Below, piece after piece: positions 20,501-28,701 of a stretch of DNA of 64,000 bases. Every line of letters begins with the position of its first letter. Positions within the stretch are counted from its first letter, which is position 1. Below the pieces are notes generated by a model. That model did not search any database. It had not been told where the DNA came from and was given only the letters and a program-made list of their open reading frames with translations. Location of the stretch: IMG/VR virus record IMGVR_UViG_3300014293_000001, positions 1 to 64,000 of that record, one strand, 5' to 3'. Position numbers and translations under genes: made by a program. Origin of the DNA: a virus.

Positions 20501-23500
20501 AGTATCTCCAAAGATATTAAATATATTAAAGACAATCCTCATATGTCTTTACGTGAATACCAACGTATTTATAATGGTATCGTTGCAAAGCGTAATCATT
20601 TAGTTCGTCAATCTCCTGAGTTTGTAGATAACTGGAATAATATTTTTAATAAAGTACCTAAATATAAGGTACCTAATGTAACTTCATTAATGCAAGCTAT
20701 CCGTAAAGGGGAAGTTAAAATTCCTCAAACAATACTAAGTTCATTCATTGATAAACCAAATCATTTTGATGAAAACTTAAAAGCATGGTTTACTAAAGAT
20801 TATAATTTAACTGACGTAGAAAATACACGTGATTTTGATAAAACACGTAATGCTATCATTTTGCAAGCAATGCAAAAAGCTTCTACACGTATCAAAACTA
20901 TTGGTATGCAACAGCTTATGGAAGAGCTAGACGACAAGAACGGCAACCATTTATTAGGTCGTTTTGTAAACCGTGCTATTCAAATGTACCCTGTTTACAG
21001 AAATAAAGATAAATATAGAAGTTTATCTGGTAAAGTCGCTGCTAAACGATTATTTCCAGAAGGTGCATCTGATTTTAGTAGTATGAATAGCCCTCTAGCT
21101 AAACGTGTATATGCTGATGTTAAGAAAATTGTACCAGCTGTAATGTCTGACAGAATTGCTAAGAATGGCAAAATTCAAGAAGAACGAATGAAAGATGCCA
21201 AAACTAAGAACCAAATTCAATCTGCATTGCGTTTAGGTGATTATGTAGATGGTGTATTAAATGCACATATTCCTGATGAGCAAGGCGGTACATATGATAC
21301 TAACATCAAGATGAACATTAAACTTGACGACGACTTTAATGTAGAAGCACCAATTCCAGAAGATGTTGATATTGAAGCATTTAAAGAAGCATTGGACTAT
21401 TACCTATCTGATATGGGTATTATCGCTAACGACGAAATGGTCGAAGATGGTAATACAGTTAAATTTGAGGCATCTTATATTCCAGAAACTGTATTTAACA
21501 ATAGTGCTTATATCGCACAAGCCGCGTGGAATACATTAGGTGGTGTAGTTAGACAACACGGTCATGTAATCTTAGATAATGCAAATCTTGACGAAGCAGG
21601 TCGTAAAGCGTTACAAACAGAAGCTAAGCAAGCATGGAAACAAGCTGGGTTTGAACTTATTTCTAACGATGATACATATACTTTAGTACCTATTGAAGAA
21701 ATTCAAAAATCTATTACAGGTAATAAACAAGTATCAAATAATAAAAATACTAAATTCCATGAACCCGGTCCTATTGAAATGGATATTTTACGTAAAGTTG
21801 CCGATAGAAGCGAAGGTCTTGGAAAATTGTCAAATGACGAAATGAAAACAATCTTACAATCTATTATGCACCAACTTGACGGAGACCGTGAAGCGTATGT
21901 CGCTGTATTACAATATCTCAAAAATCACCCTGATTTAGAGATATATGTTGCAGATAGAATGTTTGACATGGACTCTCTTGATTATACATTTGATGGTTTC
22001 TATATGCCGTCAACCAAGCGATTGTATATGACAAAAGATGCTATTATACCTGATGGAGATGTATTCTTGCACGAATTATTGCACAGTGCAACACACTACA
22101 CTGGCGTAAATGAAATTGTACCAAATGTAAATGACGCACTTAGAACATTAAGAAAGGAATTGGAATATGATGAAGGACTTGCAGGACAAATATACAGAGC
22201 TTCTGAACCAAGTGAAATACTTACATTTAGCGGAGAGCACTCAAAGAAAGATGTTGAAAACGCTCTTCAAAATGCCGCAGGCAACATTGGAAGTGCAGCA
22301 ATCACTATGCGTGATGCTCTCTCTAATACAAGTGAAGGCAAAACAATTCCAGATTTCCGCAAAGCTAGAAGTGGGAAAGATAATATCCCAGTTGGAGAAA
22401 ATGCACAGCGAGAAAGAAGTAGACGACTTATTCAAAGAGCTAATGCCATTCTACAAGAACAAAAAATAACACCAGAACATTTCGCTAAAATAGCACTGAT
22501 GGCTGATATGAAAGCGGACGAACCGTTTGAATATGCTGATGAACTTATGGACACTCCAGTTCCAGCTGAAGTAAAAATACTTGTAGCGGCGATGACTATC
22601 CCTGAAATACCACCTAAATTGGTTAATAACTATGATGGTTATAAGTTTATGAATGAAATGATGTCGTATGGTGGCTCTAAATTATTCTCTACTCACACAG
22701 TTAAAGAACATTTACGAAATGCATTGAGTGATATGAGACAAGTAGGTAAACAAAGTGAGCTCACCAAATTAAATAGAGTAAACAATAAACCAGCAGATGT
22801 TTTAAATGCGATGAAACAAAAGATAGATTACGCTATTAGAGCTAACGATAGAATTGACCAAGCAGAACAAAAATTACTTGCTGATATTATGGAACATGGT
22901 GGTGGTATCATTGAACGTATTAACCCATCAGAAGATGGTATATCTTTTGCATGGTTCCGTAAAATGCTACAATCTCCATCATCTTTAGCACGTAAACTTG
23001 TCCCAGAATTAAAACCTATTATCCAAGCAGCTTATGTTGCCGCACGTACAGCACGATATAAGCGTAGAGAATATATCGCAGACCTTGATAAATATTTCTT
23101 ATCCTTAGACGAAAAAGCTGGCGAAGACAAACAAATTAATAAACTCTTTGATGATATTGATAAACGTGGTCGTGAATTTGCACAACCAGTTGCAGTCCGC
23201 ATCAATGGAGAATTAAAATACGCTATTATTAAACCTAACGATGAATTCACAGAATTTGGTTTAGGCGATGATAAACGTATGCGTAAATTTGTTAAAGCGG
23301 AACGTGAAAAGGGTAACCATGTTTACGTTGGTATGTCTAAAGATGTATACCAAGTTATTTCTAGTAAAGATAATATTGCCGCATACAAAGATAAAGCAAA
23401 TGCTAATAAAGTAGCGATTGATATGTCTAAAGCGTATGCTAAGCAATTAGGTTATAGCGATAACGTATGGAATGCATATGTTGGTGTGCGTAATACACTT

Positions 23501-25921
23501 AACAAAATTCATAAAGACGTAAATGATAACCAAGTTGCACGTGGTAAAGAACCGTCTGCTGATTTATGGGGTTATATCCCTCGTGAACATAAACGATATG
23601 GTGTATATCGTGTTGAAGTTAAATATGACCCAGAAATAAAAGATTATCGAAAAAAATATACAGCATTAACATCTTTTGATACAGAACATCAAGCTAACCG
23701 ATTTGTTGATAGCTTAACTCCTGAAAAGGGTATAGCATATGCAACAATTCATCGTGATAGATACCAAGCAGATGCTTCTCAATCTTATGAAGGTTACTAT
23801 TCCAATCTTACAGAAGAAGAAGAAAACTTAAATAAAGTATATGAAAAAATGTCTACTGAAGATGCAGCAGCATTATTCAATAAAGTACAAGGTAATTATA
23901 CAGAGACTAAGAAATTCATTGACCATTTCTTAAAAGGTAAAGATAAGTCTATGACTTATGATGATTTTCAAAACTTAATTAATAACAAAGAACGAATGAA
24001 AGAAATCGGTCTTGACCCTCGTAAATTACAAAAAGAAGTAGCACAAGCTAACTTTGAAAAATTATTGAAGAAAGATAAAGATGGTCTTTTAACACATGAA
24101 AATGTGAGTGCATATTTATACCGTAGTTCTGGGGCTCAAATGTGGAATAAACATAATCTTAAACGTGCTGGTGTTATGGGTCATAACGAAGACCACACAG
24201 CAGCTATTTACCATTATGCTATGACACAAGCTAAGTATCAAGGTAATGCTCCATTCTTAGACTTTGCTACACGCTATTACGAAGAAGCTTTTGGTGAAAA
24301 CTATGAAAAGCAATATGGTCGTAATGGTACTGGTGCTAAAAATGCACGACAAGATATTGTCCATGATTATATCCAACGTGTAATTGGTGCACCAAATAAA
24401 GTAGATAAAGTCCTCAATCGTATTGGTCGTGAGTTACCATATATTGGTAATTTCATGGTTAAATACATGGGTGATAATTGGGTAACTAAATTACTCAACC
24501 GTAATATGCAAGCAATGGCTGTATTTAAACTAGGTGTATTCAGACCTACAGCCGCTATCGCACAGTTTGGTACATTAGCCAACGTAGCTGCTTTAACAGG
24601 GTTTACTCCTGAATTACGTTACGCAATGAAAGAAGCTGGTCGTGGTGGTAAAGATGGTAAATACGGCAAGTTATTTGATGACCTTGAAGTATATGAAGAA
24701 AATGCAAACCAAGCATCTGAATTCTTTAGCGATACACTAGACTATCGTAAATTAAAGGTTCATGGTATTAATATTGGTAAAGCATTTGATTTATCTATGA
24801 AAGGTTTCATGAAAGCCGACTCTTATACACGCAAAGTAGCCGCTATTGTAGCATACGAAAAATACTGTAAAGACCACAATATGGACCCTATGCAACCAAA
24901 TAAAAATGACCCAGATGGTTATCGTAAAGCTATGGAATACGCAAAAGATTTTGTTGTAAAAACAAACTTTGACTATAGTGATATTGATAGCCCTAGATTG
25001 TTTACTCAATTTGGTACATTAGGTAAAACATTATTACAATTTAAAAAGTTCGGTGTTAAAGAAGCTGAATTCTTATTCACTGCATTTAAACGTAATGATG
25101 GTTCTATTGACTATAAAGGTTTAGGCAGATTTATGAGCATCACAATGGGTATGGCTGGTTTCATGGGCTTACCATTTATGGGTGCTGGTGATGATATGCT
25201 TAAATGGTTGACAGGTAAGGGATTATCTGACCGTGCTAAAGACCTTGCTTATGAATGGGCTGGTAACGACCAAACTAAACAAAAAATTGCCTTACTTGCT
25301 ATGATGGGTGCACCATCTATGTTCGGTGTAGACTTTAGCCGTAATGTAGGTTTTGGTGATTTAACTCCAAGTAATGGTAGTGATTTGTTAGGTCCTACAT
25401 TATCTACATGGGGCTCTCTTGCTGACGTAGCTAGAAATAGCCATGATTGGAGAGATGTAGTTGCTGGTATTGGTCACTCATTATCACCACAACTTGGTAA
25501 CGTATACCAAGCGTATACAGGCAATATGCGTGACTGGAAAAATGCTGAAGATAAAGGTGCTTATACACCTGCTGAACGCATGATGAAGTTAATGGGCTTC
25601 AGACCTGCACGTGAATCTGTAGAAAATGATTTAGCTTATAGATTGACTATGGCAAATCAAGAGTTAAAAGAAGGTAAAAAACAAGCAATCAATGATTTCT
25701 TGAGAGACCCTTCTGATGAAAACCGTAAACGCCTTAAAGATTTTGGTGTTACTGGTAAACAACTTAAAGATGCTAGAGACTTAAAACAAATGTCTGCTAT
25801 TGACAAGGCTAATAAATACCTACCTAAGAAATCTTCTGTAGAAGCTGATAAGGTTAAGGAACAAGCTAATGTTTATAATACATTTGTTGACGGTATGTAT
25901 GATGGATTGGAGGAAGAATAA
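17519..25921 (+). CDS. giant (2800 aa) virion/ejected protein with central zincin HExxH motif
   Basis: AAAGGAG SD and a single uninterrupted ORF. It has Gly/Ala-rich hydrophobic stretches near both ends and HELLH at nt 22070-22084 (aa 1518-1522). It lies between the lysozyme and endolysin genes. Confidence 0.85.
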   Translation: MARWTDGLANRNAQAAYENNLAQYGSDYMGKASYDGILDETLGNFSAGIDRLGSDMLGSVAYGLSNIDGDTAQWLRGKAENEANFYANLAGYRSTMGDTADLPWNEQVINPHYWAAQIGNFAGNTVPQIGMAVRTAGFASGAMNVGKIGGLLGRAGLSEGLAGSVANGLGKVAKYGTEIATGAGLENLQNAGSIYNDYRNAGYNTDVAGSAFEQSLNQGWAPAALDYIADRAGVSGKAGMLASAFAKDGGKLIAKSMLGNAVNSSLEGYTEAWQQAIEGRIKGQEGYDQVSMLDPSTWTDDMWSAAKDAFNVSMAVGGMGSAARHIGNKALNKADEMADLTADNDIINDGTQPPIAVNDTPMADTGIDIASDVTETPDIINETPLGNVEIDDISNASYSPMMEESGFATAVNKALNNRPPEDYAEMMNRLQDERANIMELHGDKPADQLSPRMFEENFVNAGLEPKSARLVSRNLYNDMVGANNTETIEDASEVPQEESLADKADRLGVTLTDAERANLERENPDKTSVREVERRVADTEKNNAYNDQIRAIAEHRKAYNEDRYANSPNKTFFENEYKDNPYKAQDAAYRVHNAMEARKKDAKSSDIKKQEQSKNVRNYLAKAGIKPSNGYSTEELKNIAEYAKHMDNQERTPQNVQSYIQNRDMAKQVENVISTLPPKDSPDYLPAKRHLAQQLSKHLVTMGVNGFDVTGPQFENVRKILSTQERRMLQDNIDEAKRAKEETRRANSQLAERKPQDTQKFVNNKQVAVSEGNFAAADKEMADYLNSDRVTNEGLLEIQRRLSHTSREHKPKFKQTLDALQYRAQKGDILGGKVGNYNVMVRKPNSEWKAREVKDYTRTIDHDNPTGENREPIVTPYEERKALNPAQPKEKKKKTQSKSRTVDVTTEEQKAKMRDIDQLAKLKSTLQQFGQMNEETAKQAIDSVPMETKYGKEQKQKYKEYVLRQANEDTGDIDLSDDIQQPEDVISKHKDTLESISKDIKYIKDNPHMSLREYQRIYNGIVAKRNHLVRQSPEFVDNWNNIFNKVPKYKVPNVTSLMQAIRKGEVKIPQTILSSFIDKPNHFDENLKAWFTKDYNLTDVENTRDFDKTRNAIILQAMQKASTRIKTIGMQQLMEELDDKNGNHLLGRFVNRAIQMYPVYRNKDKYRSLSGKVAAKRLFPEGASDFSSMNSPLAKRVYADVKKIVPAVMSDRIAKNGKIQEERMKDAKTKNQIQSALRLGDYVDGVLNAHIPDEQGGTYDTNIKMNIKLDDDFNVEAPIPEDVDIEAFKEALDYYLSDMGIIANDEMVEDGNTVKFEASYIPETVFNNSAYIAQAAWNTLGGVVRQHGHVILDNANLDEAGRKALQTEAKQAWKQAGFELISNDDTYTLVPIEEIQKSITGNKQVSNNKNTKFHEPGPIEMDILRKVADRSEGLGKLSNDEMKTILQSIMHQLDGDREAYVAVLQYLKNHPDLEIYVADRMFDMDSLDYTFDGFYMPSTKRLYMTKDAIIPDGDVFLHELLHSATHYTGVNEIVPNVNDALRTLRKELEYDEGLAGQIYRASEPSEILTFSGEHSKKDVENALQNAAGNIGSAAITMRDALSNTSEGKTIPDFRKARSGKDNIPVGENAQRERSRRLIQRANAILQEQKITPEHFAKIALMADMKADEPFEYADELMDTPVPAEVKILVAAMTIPEIPPKLVNNYDGYKFMNEMMSYGGSKLFSTHTVKEHLRNALSDMRQVGKQSELTKLNRVNNKPADVLNAMKQKIDYAIRANDRIDQAEQKLLADIMEHGGGIIERINPSEDGISFAWFRKMLQSPSSLARKLVPELKPIIQAAYVAARTARYKRREYIADLDKYFLSLDEKAGEDKQINKLFDDIDKRGREFAQPVAVRINGELKYAIIKPNDEFTEFGLGDDKRMRKFVKAEREKGNHVYVGMSKDVYQVISSKDNIAAYKDKANANKVAIDMSKAYAKQLGYSDNVWNAYVGVRNTLNKIHKDVNDNQVARGKEPSADLWGYIPREHKRYGVYRVEVKYDPEIKDYRKKYTALTSFDTEHQANRFVDSLTPEKGIAYATIHRDRYQADASQSYEGYYSNLTEEEENLNKVYEKMSTEDAAALFNKVQGNYTETKKFIDHFLKGKDKSMTYDDFQNLINNKERMKEIGLDPRKLQKEVAQANFEKLLKKDKDGLLTHENVSAYLYRSSGAQMWNKHNLKRAGVMGHNEDHTAAIYHYAMTQAKYQGNAPFLDFATRYYEEAFGENYEKQYGRNGTGAKNARQDIVHDYIQRVIGAPNKVDKVLNRIGRELPYIGNFMVKYMGDNWVTKLLNRNMQAMAVFKLGVFRPTAAIAQFGTLANVAALTGFTPELRYAMKEAGRGGKDGKYGKLFDDLEVYEENANQASEFFSDTLDYRKLKVHGINIGKAFDLSMKGFMKADSYTRKVAAIVAYEKYCKDHNMDPMQPNKNDPDGYRKAMEYAKDFVVKTNFDYSDIDSPRLFTQFGTLGKTLLQFKKFGVKEAEFLFTAFKRNDGSIDYKGLGRFMSITMGMAGFMGLPFMGAGDDMLKWLTGKGLSDRAKDLAYEWAGNDQTKQKIALLAMMGAPSMFGVDFSRNVGFGDLTPSNGSDLLGPTLSTWGSLADVARNSHDWRDVVAGIGHSLSPQLGNVYQAYTGNMRDWKNAEDKGAYTPAERMMKLMGFRPARESVENDLAYRLTMANQELKEGKKQAINDFLRDPSDENRKRLKDFGVTGKQLKDARDLKQMSAIDKANKYLPKKSSVEADKVKEQANVYNTFVDGMYDGLEEE

Positions 25922-26454
25922 TGGCATTTTACACATTAAATGATATTGCGTATTTAGCCGCACACTGTAATGCGGATAAGGTTACTTTACATTGGAGTGG
26001 TGGGGGGTATGAAAATACCTCTCCATATTACCACTTAAATATCCTAGGTGATGGTCGTGTATGGTCAGACTTTGATAGTTTTGATGTAGCTGGTAAACAT
26101 ACATGGCATCGTAATACAGGTAATATTGGTGTATCTATTCTGTGCTGTGCAGATGCTAGTGTAGATACAGATGGTAACGTGACATGGGGTACTGTTCCAC
26201 CAACTGATGCACAAGTTAATAAAATGGCTATGATTATCAAAACCATTGCTGATGCTAAAGGTTGGGAAATTGATAAAGAACATTTTAAAACTCACAACGA
26301 CTGGGCAATTATCGATGGATATTCTATCTATGACAATGACCCTGATATGCGTTGGGACTTAATTGCGTTACCACAAGAAGATGGAGACGGAGGTGCTATT
26401 ATTCGTGGAAAAGCTATCTGGTATCATTACCATCCTGAAGAATGTAAAGATTAA
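25921..26454 (+). CDS. N-acetylmuramoyl-L-alanine amidase-type endolysin (T7-lysozyme-like)
   Basis: TAATG overlap; 177 aa. The LHWSGG...YHLNILGDGRV...HTWHRNTGNIGVS...THNDWA pattern matches the amidase_2/PGRP fold. There is no cell-wall-binding domain. Confidence 0.65.
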   Translation: MAFYTLNDIAYLAAHCNADKVTLHWSGGGYENTSPYYHLNILGDGRVWSDFDSFDVAGKHTWHRNTGNIGVSILCCADASVDTDGNVTWGTVPPTDAQVNKMAMIIKTIADAKGWEIDKEHFKTHNDWAIIDGYSIYDNDPDMRWDLIALPQEDGDGGAIIRGKAIWYHYHPEECKD

Positions 26455-27004
26455 AATTTATATTATCCTTATAATTGCGTTATTTGCGTTCTGTGGGCTG
26501 TTTTATATATTCCATAGGCAAACACACGTGGAACAATCTACACCCACCTTACAGCCTAAAATAATGAACGAGAAGGCTACTGTAGGAACAAAGACTACTG
26601 TATCTTATATCCCAAAAGAACGAGAACTGGTTTACGTGAATAATGTGCCTACATATGTGAAAGAAGATACCGATGTAGAAGCTAATATTGATAAGCCTGC
26701 TGTTACAGTTAAAGTAAATGGCAAGAAACAAAAGTTTGATTTACAACAAAATGAAACTCAAAAGTTTGAAGATGGTAAGGTGGTATTAGACCAAAAATCT
26801 ACAGTAGAGTTTGATATTAAAGTACCAGAACGCCATGAATTAAATGTATACGGTCAAGAAGAATTCCGTGCAGGTAAATTTCACAGTCAAGTTGGTATTG
26901 ATAAACAAAATGGCAAATTAGTATACGGTGCTAAATACGATATTACAGACAAAGAACCTGTATATTATGTACGCTATAATCTAGTAAAAATGTACACAAA
27001 TTAA
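26363..27004 (+). CDS. membrane-anchored lysis-accessory candidate (start uncertain)
   Basis: The frame is open from TTG 26363, overlapping the endolysin by 92 nt. It carries an N-terminal anchor (IYIILIIALFAFCGLFYIF) and a beta-rich ectodomain. No SD is seen for any candidate start. Confidence 0.5.
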   Translation: MRYHKKMETEVLLFVEKLSGIITILKNVKIKIYIILIIALFAFCGLFYIFHRQTHVEQSTPTLQPKIMNEKATVGTKTTVSYIPKERELVYVNNVPTYVKEDTDVEANIDKPAVTVKVNGKKQKFDLQQNETQKFEDGKVVLDQKSTVEFDIKVPERHELNVYGQEEFRAGKFHSQVGIDKQNGKLVYGAKYDITDKEPVYYVRYNLVKMYTN

Positions 27005-27008
27005 AAGC

Positions 27009-27037
27009 TTGACAAATTGATTTTTATATGTTACTAT
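27009..27037 (+). promoter_or_regulatory. sigma70-type promoter
   Basis: TTGACA (27009-14), 17-nt spacer, TACTAT (27032-37). It shares the TTGACAAATT -35 context with the promoter at 28289. Confidence 0.55.
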
Positions 27038-27083
27038 TACTATAGACATAATTATTTCCTCCTCAGCGTGGTCAGGGGTGGGC

Positions 27084-27113
27084 TTGACGGCTCGCCCTCG
27101 GCTGTGCTACAAT
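27084..27113 (+). promoter_or_regulatory. sigma70-type promoter with extended -10
   Basis: TTGACG (27084-89), 18-nt spacer, TGcTACAAT (27105-13). It sits in a GC-rich island. Confidence 0.65.
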
Positions 27114-27152
27114 CCTCACAAACCCAGCAACGGTGCGGTGTCAGCAAAGGTG

Positions 27153-27181
27153 TTGACAGCTGACAGCTAGGGTGCTACAAT
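27153..27181 (+). promoter_or_regulatory. consensus sigma70-type promoter with extended -10
   Basis: TTGACA (27153-58), 17-nt spacer, TGcTACAAT (27173-81). Confidence 0.75.
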
Positions 27182-27230
27182 GTGAGTAGTGGTGGAGCCA
27201 CGGAACTTGCTCTACCGAAAGGAGAAAACT

Positions 27231-27425
27231 ATGGCAAAAAGAAATTTTGGTGTTTCGATGTGTGGTCGTATTGAGTATACTCGAAGAAAGCCAAGAAAAG
27301 CGTATTGTAAAAATTGTATACATTGTTTATTGACTGAACATGGTACAGAAATGTACTGTAAAAAGTATAAAAGATTTAAGTCAATAAGACAATCAAAAAA
27401 GCCATCTTGTTTAGTAGCAAGATAG
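27231..27425 (+). CDS. small basic Cys-rich (zinc-ribbon-like) protein
   Basis: ATG 27231 lies 7 nt after an AAAGGAG SD; the track start 27189 is an upstream GTG. 64 aa with 18 K/R and 6 Cys, including C-x2-C-x2-C. Confidence 0.6.
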   Translation: MAKRNFGVSMCGRIEYTRRKPRKAYCKNCIHCLLTEHGTEMYCKKYKRFKSIRQSKKPSCLVAR

Positions 27426-28262
27426 CACTCTATATGAGCAGAGGTGGACCTGTAATGTGTACGGGCGGACAACGGTCTTGAAAACCAATATAGAAGCCGA
27501 CAGGGACTGACATATAGACTAAATATATCAGTTGATATCATATCGAGATAGTCGTTGACACTGCAAGCCGACTTTAAAAAATAACAGGGGGCGGACTCAC
27601 CATTCCTCAATAGGGGCTGTTGGGCACGCCCTTTTGTCGTGCACTTTCCTAGATTTTGTCCCGTCGTAGATGGCAGTCGAAACAAACTCTTGTGAGTGGT
27701 AGATAAAGCTACACCTAGGCTACCTTGGTATTAACCATGAAGTTTCGATAGTATACCAACAGTATACGTTGCTCCCATGTATATGGGGGCAATACCTCGG
27801 CACTACCTTGGGCAGTCATCAAGTATAGAATACAGTAGATATTCACTAAGATATATATAATACAATCAGCTACGAAGTAGCTACAAACGAAGTGCGTAGT
27901 AACAGATATAGAGTAGATGCTCAACATTACTACCAATAAGTGATACAGTTACTTGGTATTCATAACTGGTGCGTTCGCAGAATATCTTCACTAGCGTTCA
28001 GATATTGATTAGTTGATAATACACATAAAGAAAAGAAATTACGAACAGAAATGTTCCCTCTTGGTATTATCTACAACTACAGCAACTAACGATGTGAGTA
28101 ATTCACCTAGCGTAGCGGTTATACAGTATCAGTATTTTAGGTATTTAAAACACTACCACTTAAAGCGTAATAACATTACTACAACTTAGTATATAAAACA
28201 AAGAAGAATAGCATTACTCAGCGTAATATTGAATTACACTTCGTAATACGTTACACTTAATA
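27426..28262 (+). ncRNA. candidate long structured non-coding RNA or long 3' UTR
   Basis: About 840 nt with no SD-preceded ORF on either strand, in an otherwise tightly packed genome. It lies downstream of three promoters and ends at a strong terminator. Local hairpins are numerous, e.g. 27769-27792, 27868-27882, 27725-27759 and 27931-27958. Confidence 0.35.
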
Positions 28263-28286
28263 GACCCCTTTATGGGGTCCTTTTTT
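28263..28286 (+). terminator. intrinsic terminator
   Basis: GACCCC-TTTAT-GGGGTC followed by C and T6. Confidence 0.85.
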
Positions 28287-28288
28287 AT

Positions 28289-28317
28289 TTGACAAATTTA
28301 GTATAATACGATATACT
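28289..28317 (+). promoter_or_regulatory. sigma70-type promoter of the replication-module operon
   Basis: TTGACA (28289-94), 17-nt spacer, TATACT (28312-17). Confidence 0.65.
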
Positions 28318-28336
28318 ATATTAAAGGAGGTATAAT

Positions 28337-28513
28337 ATGTTAAGGGAAGAAACAATACGTATTATAGAAAGCTATCACCATGATTTAGGTAATCAAAGCT
28401 GGTTATCTACATATCTCAGTAACTGTAAAACTGGTGATAGTTTAGAAACTATTTCAAGTAGAGAATTAAGTTTAATATTAGCTTATATGGAAGATGATTA
28501 CGCAGATTTATAA
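28337..28513 (+). CDS. hypothetical small protein (58 aa; below the ORF-track cutoff)
   Basis: ATG lies 7 nt after AAAGGAGG. Reads MLREETIRIIESYHHDLGNQSWLSTYLSNCKTGDSLETISSRELSLILAYMEDDYADL, with TAA at 28511-13. Confidence 0.6.
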   Translation: MLREETIRIIESYHHDLGNQSWLSTYLSNCKTGDSLETISSRELSLILAYMEDDYADL

Positions 28514-28522
28514 GGAGATATT

Positions 28523-28699
28523 ATGAAAGCTTTATGGAATGTTATTAAATGGACGATATACAGTATGATTGTGTTTATTATTTTTGATTTTGTGTTTTGC
28601 AATCCATCTTTAAATGCAGAATATATAGTGAGATTATTAATTGCATTTAGTATGTATTTAATAGCTTGGGGAATATATTTTACGATTAAAGGAGAATAA
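28523..28699 (+). CDS. small two-TM membrane protein (58 aa; below the ORF-track cutoff)
   Basis: ATG follows a TAAGGAG SD. Reads MKALWNVIKWTIYSMIVFIIFDFVFCNPSLNAEYIVRLLIAFSMYLIAWGIYFTIKGE. Confidence 0.55.
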   Translation: MKALWNVIKWTIYSMIVFIIFDFVFCNPSLNAEYIVRLLIAFSMYLIAWGIYFTIKGE

Positions 28700-28701
28700 A
28701 T

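Noticed and set aside
17519-25921. Giant ORF as a virion-packaged RNA polymerase (N4 or crAss-like style)
   Set aside because: Reading the translation, I found no DxDGD-type double-psi-barrel motif and no T7-like motif A/B/C pattern. The only PDGD lies immediately upstream of the HELLH zincin motif. The call is kept as a polyvalent/ejected protein or tape-measure alternative.
26981-27049. 22-aa minus-strand micro-ORF preceded by GAGGAGG
   Set aside because: It would be transcribed against three plus-strand promoters, and it overlaps the end of the 26363..27004 gene. The apparent SD is simply the complement of a CCTCCTC run, and nothing else supports it.
27212-27936. Minus-strand track ORFs 27212..27685 (157 aa) and 27715..27936 (73 aa) inside the ORF-free region
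   Set aside because: Neither has an SD. They are antisense to three strong promoters and to the SD-supported small ORF, and their composition looks random with scattered Cys and Leu. They are treated as chance ORFs in a GC-elevated stretch.
27426-28262. tRNA/tmRNA genes or a group I/II intron in the non-coding stretch
   Set aside because: I saw no GTTCRANYC T-loop with matching acceptor stems. The region does not interrupt any gene, so no exon continuity could be restored. This was judged by eye and should be confirmed with tRNAscan-SE and Infernal.
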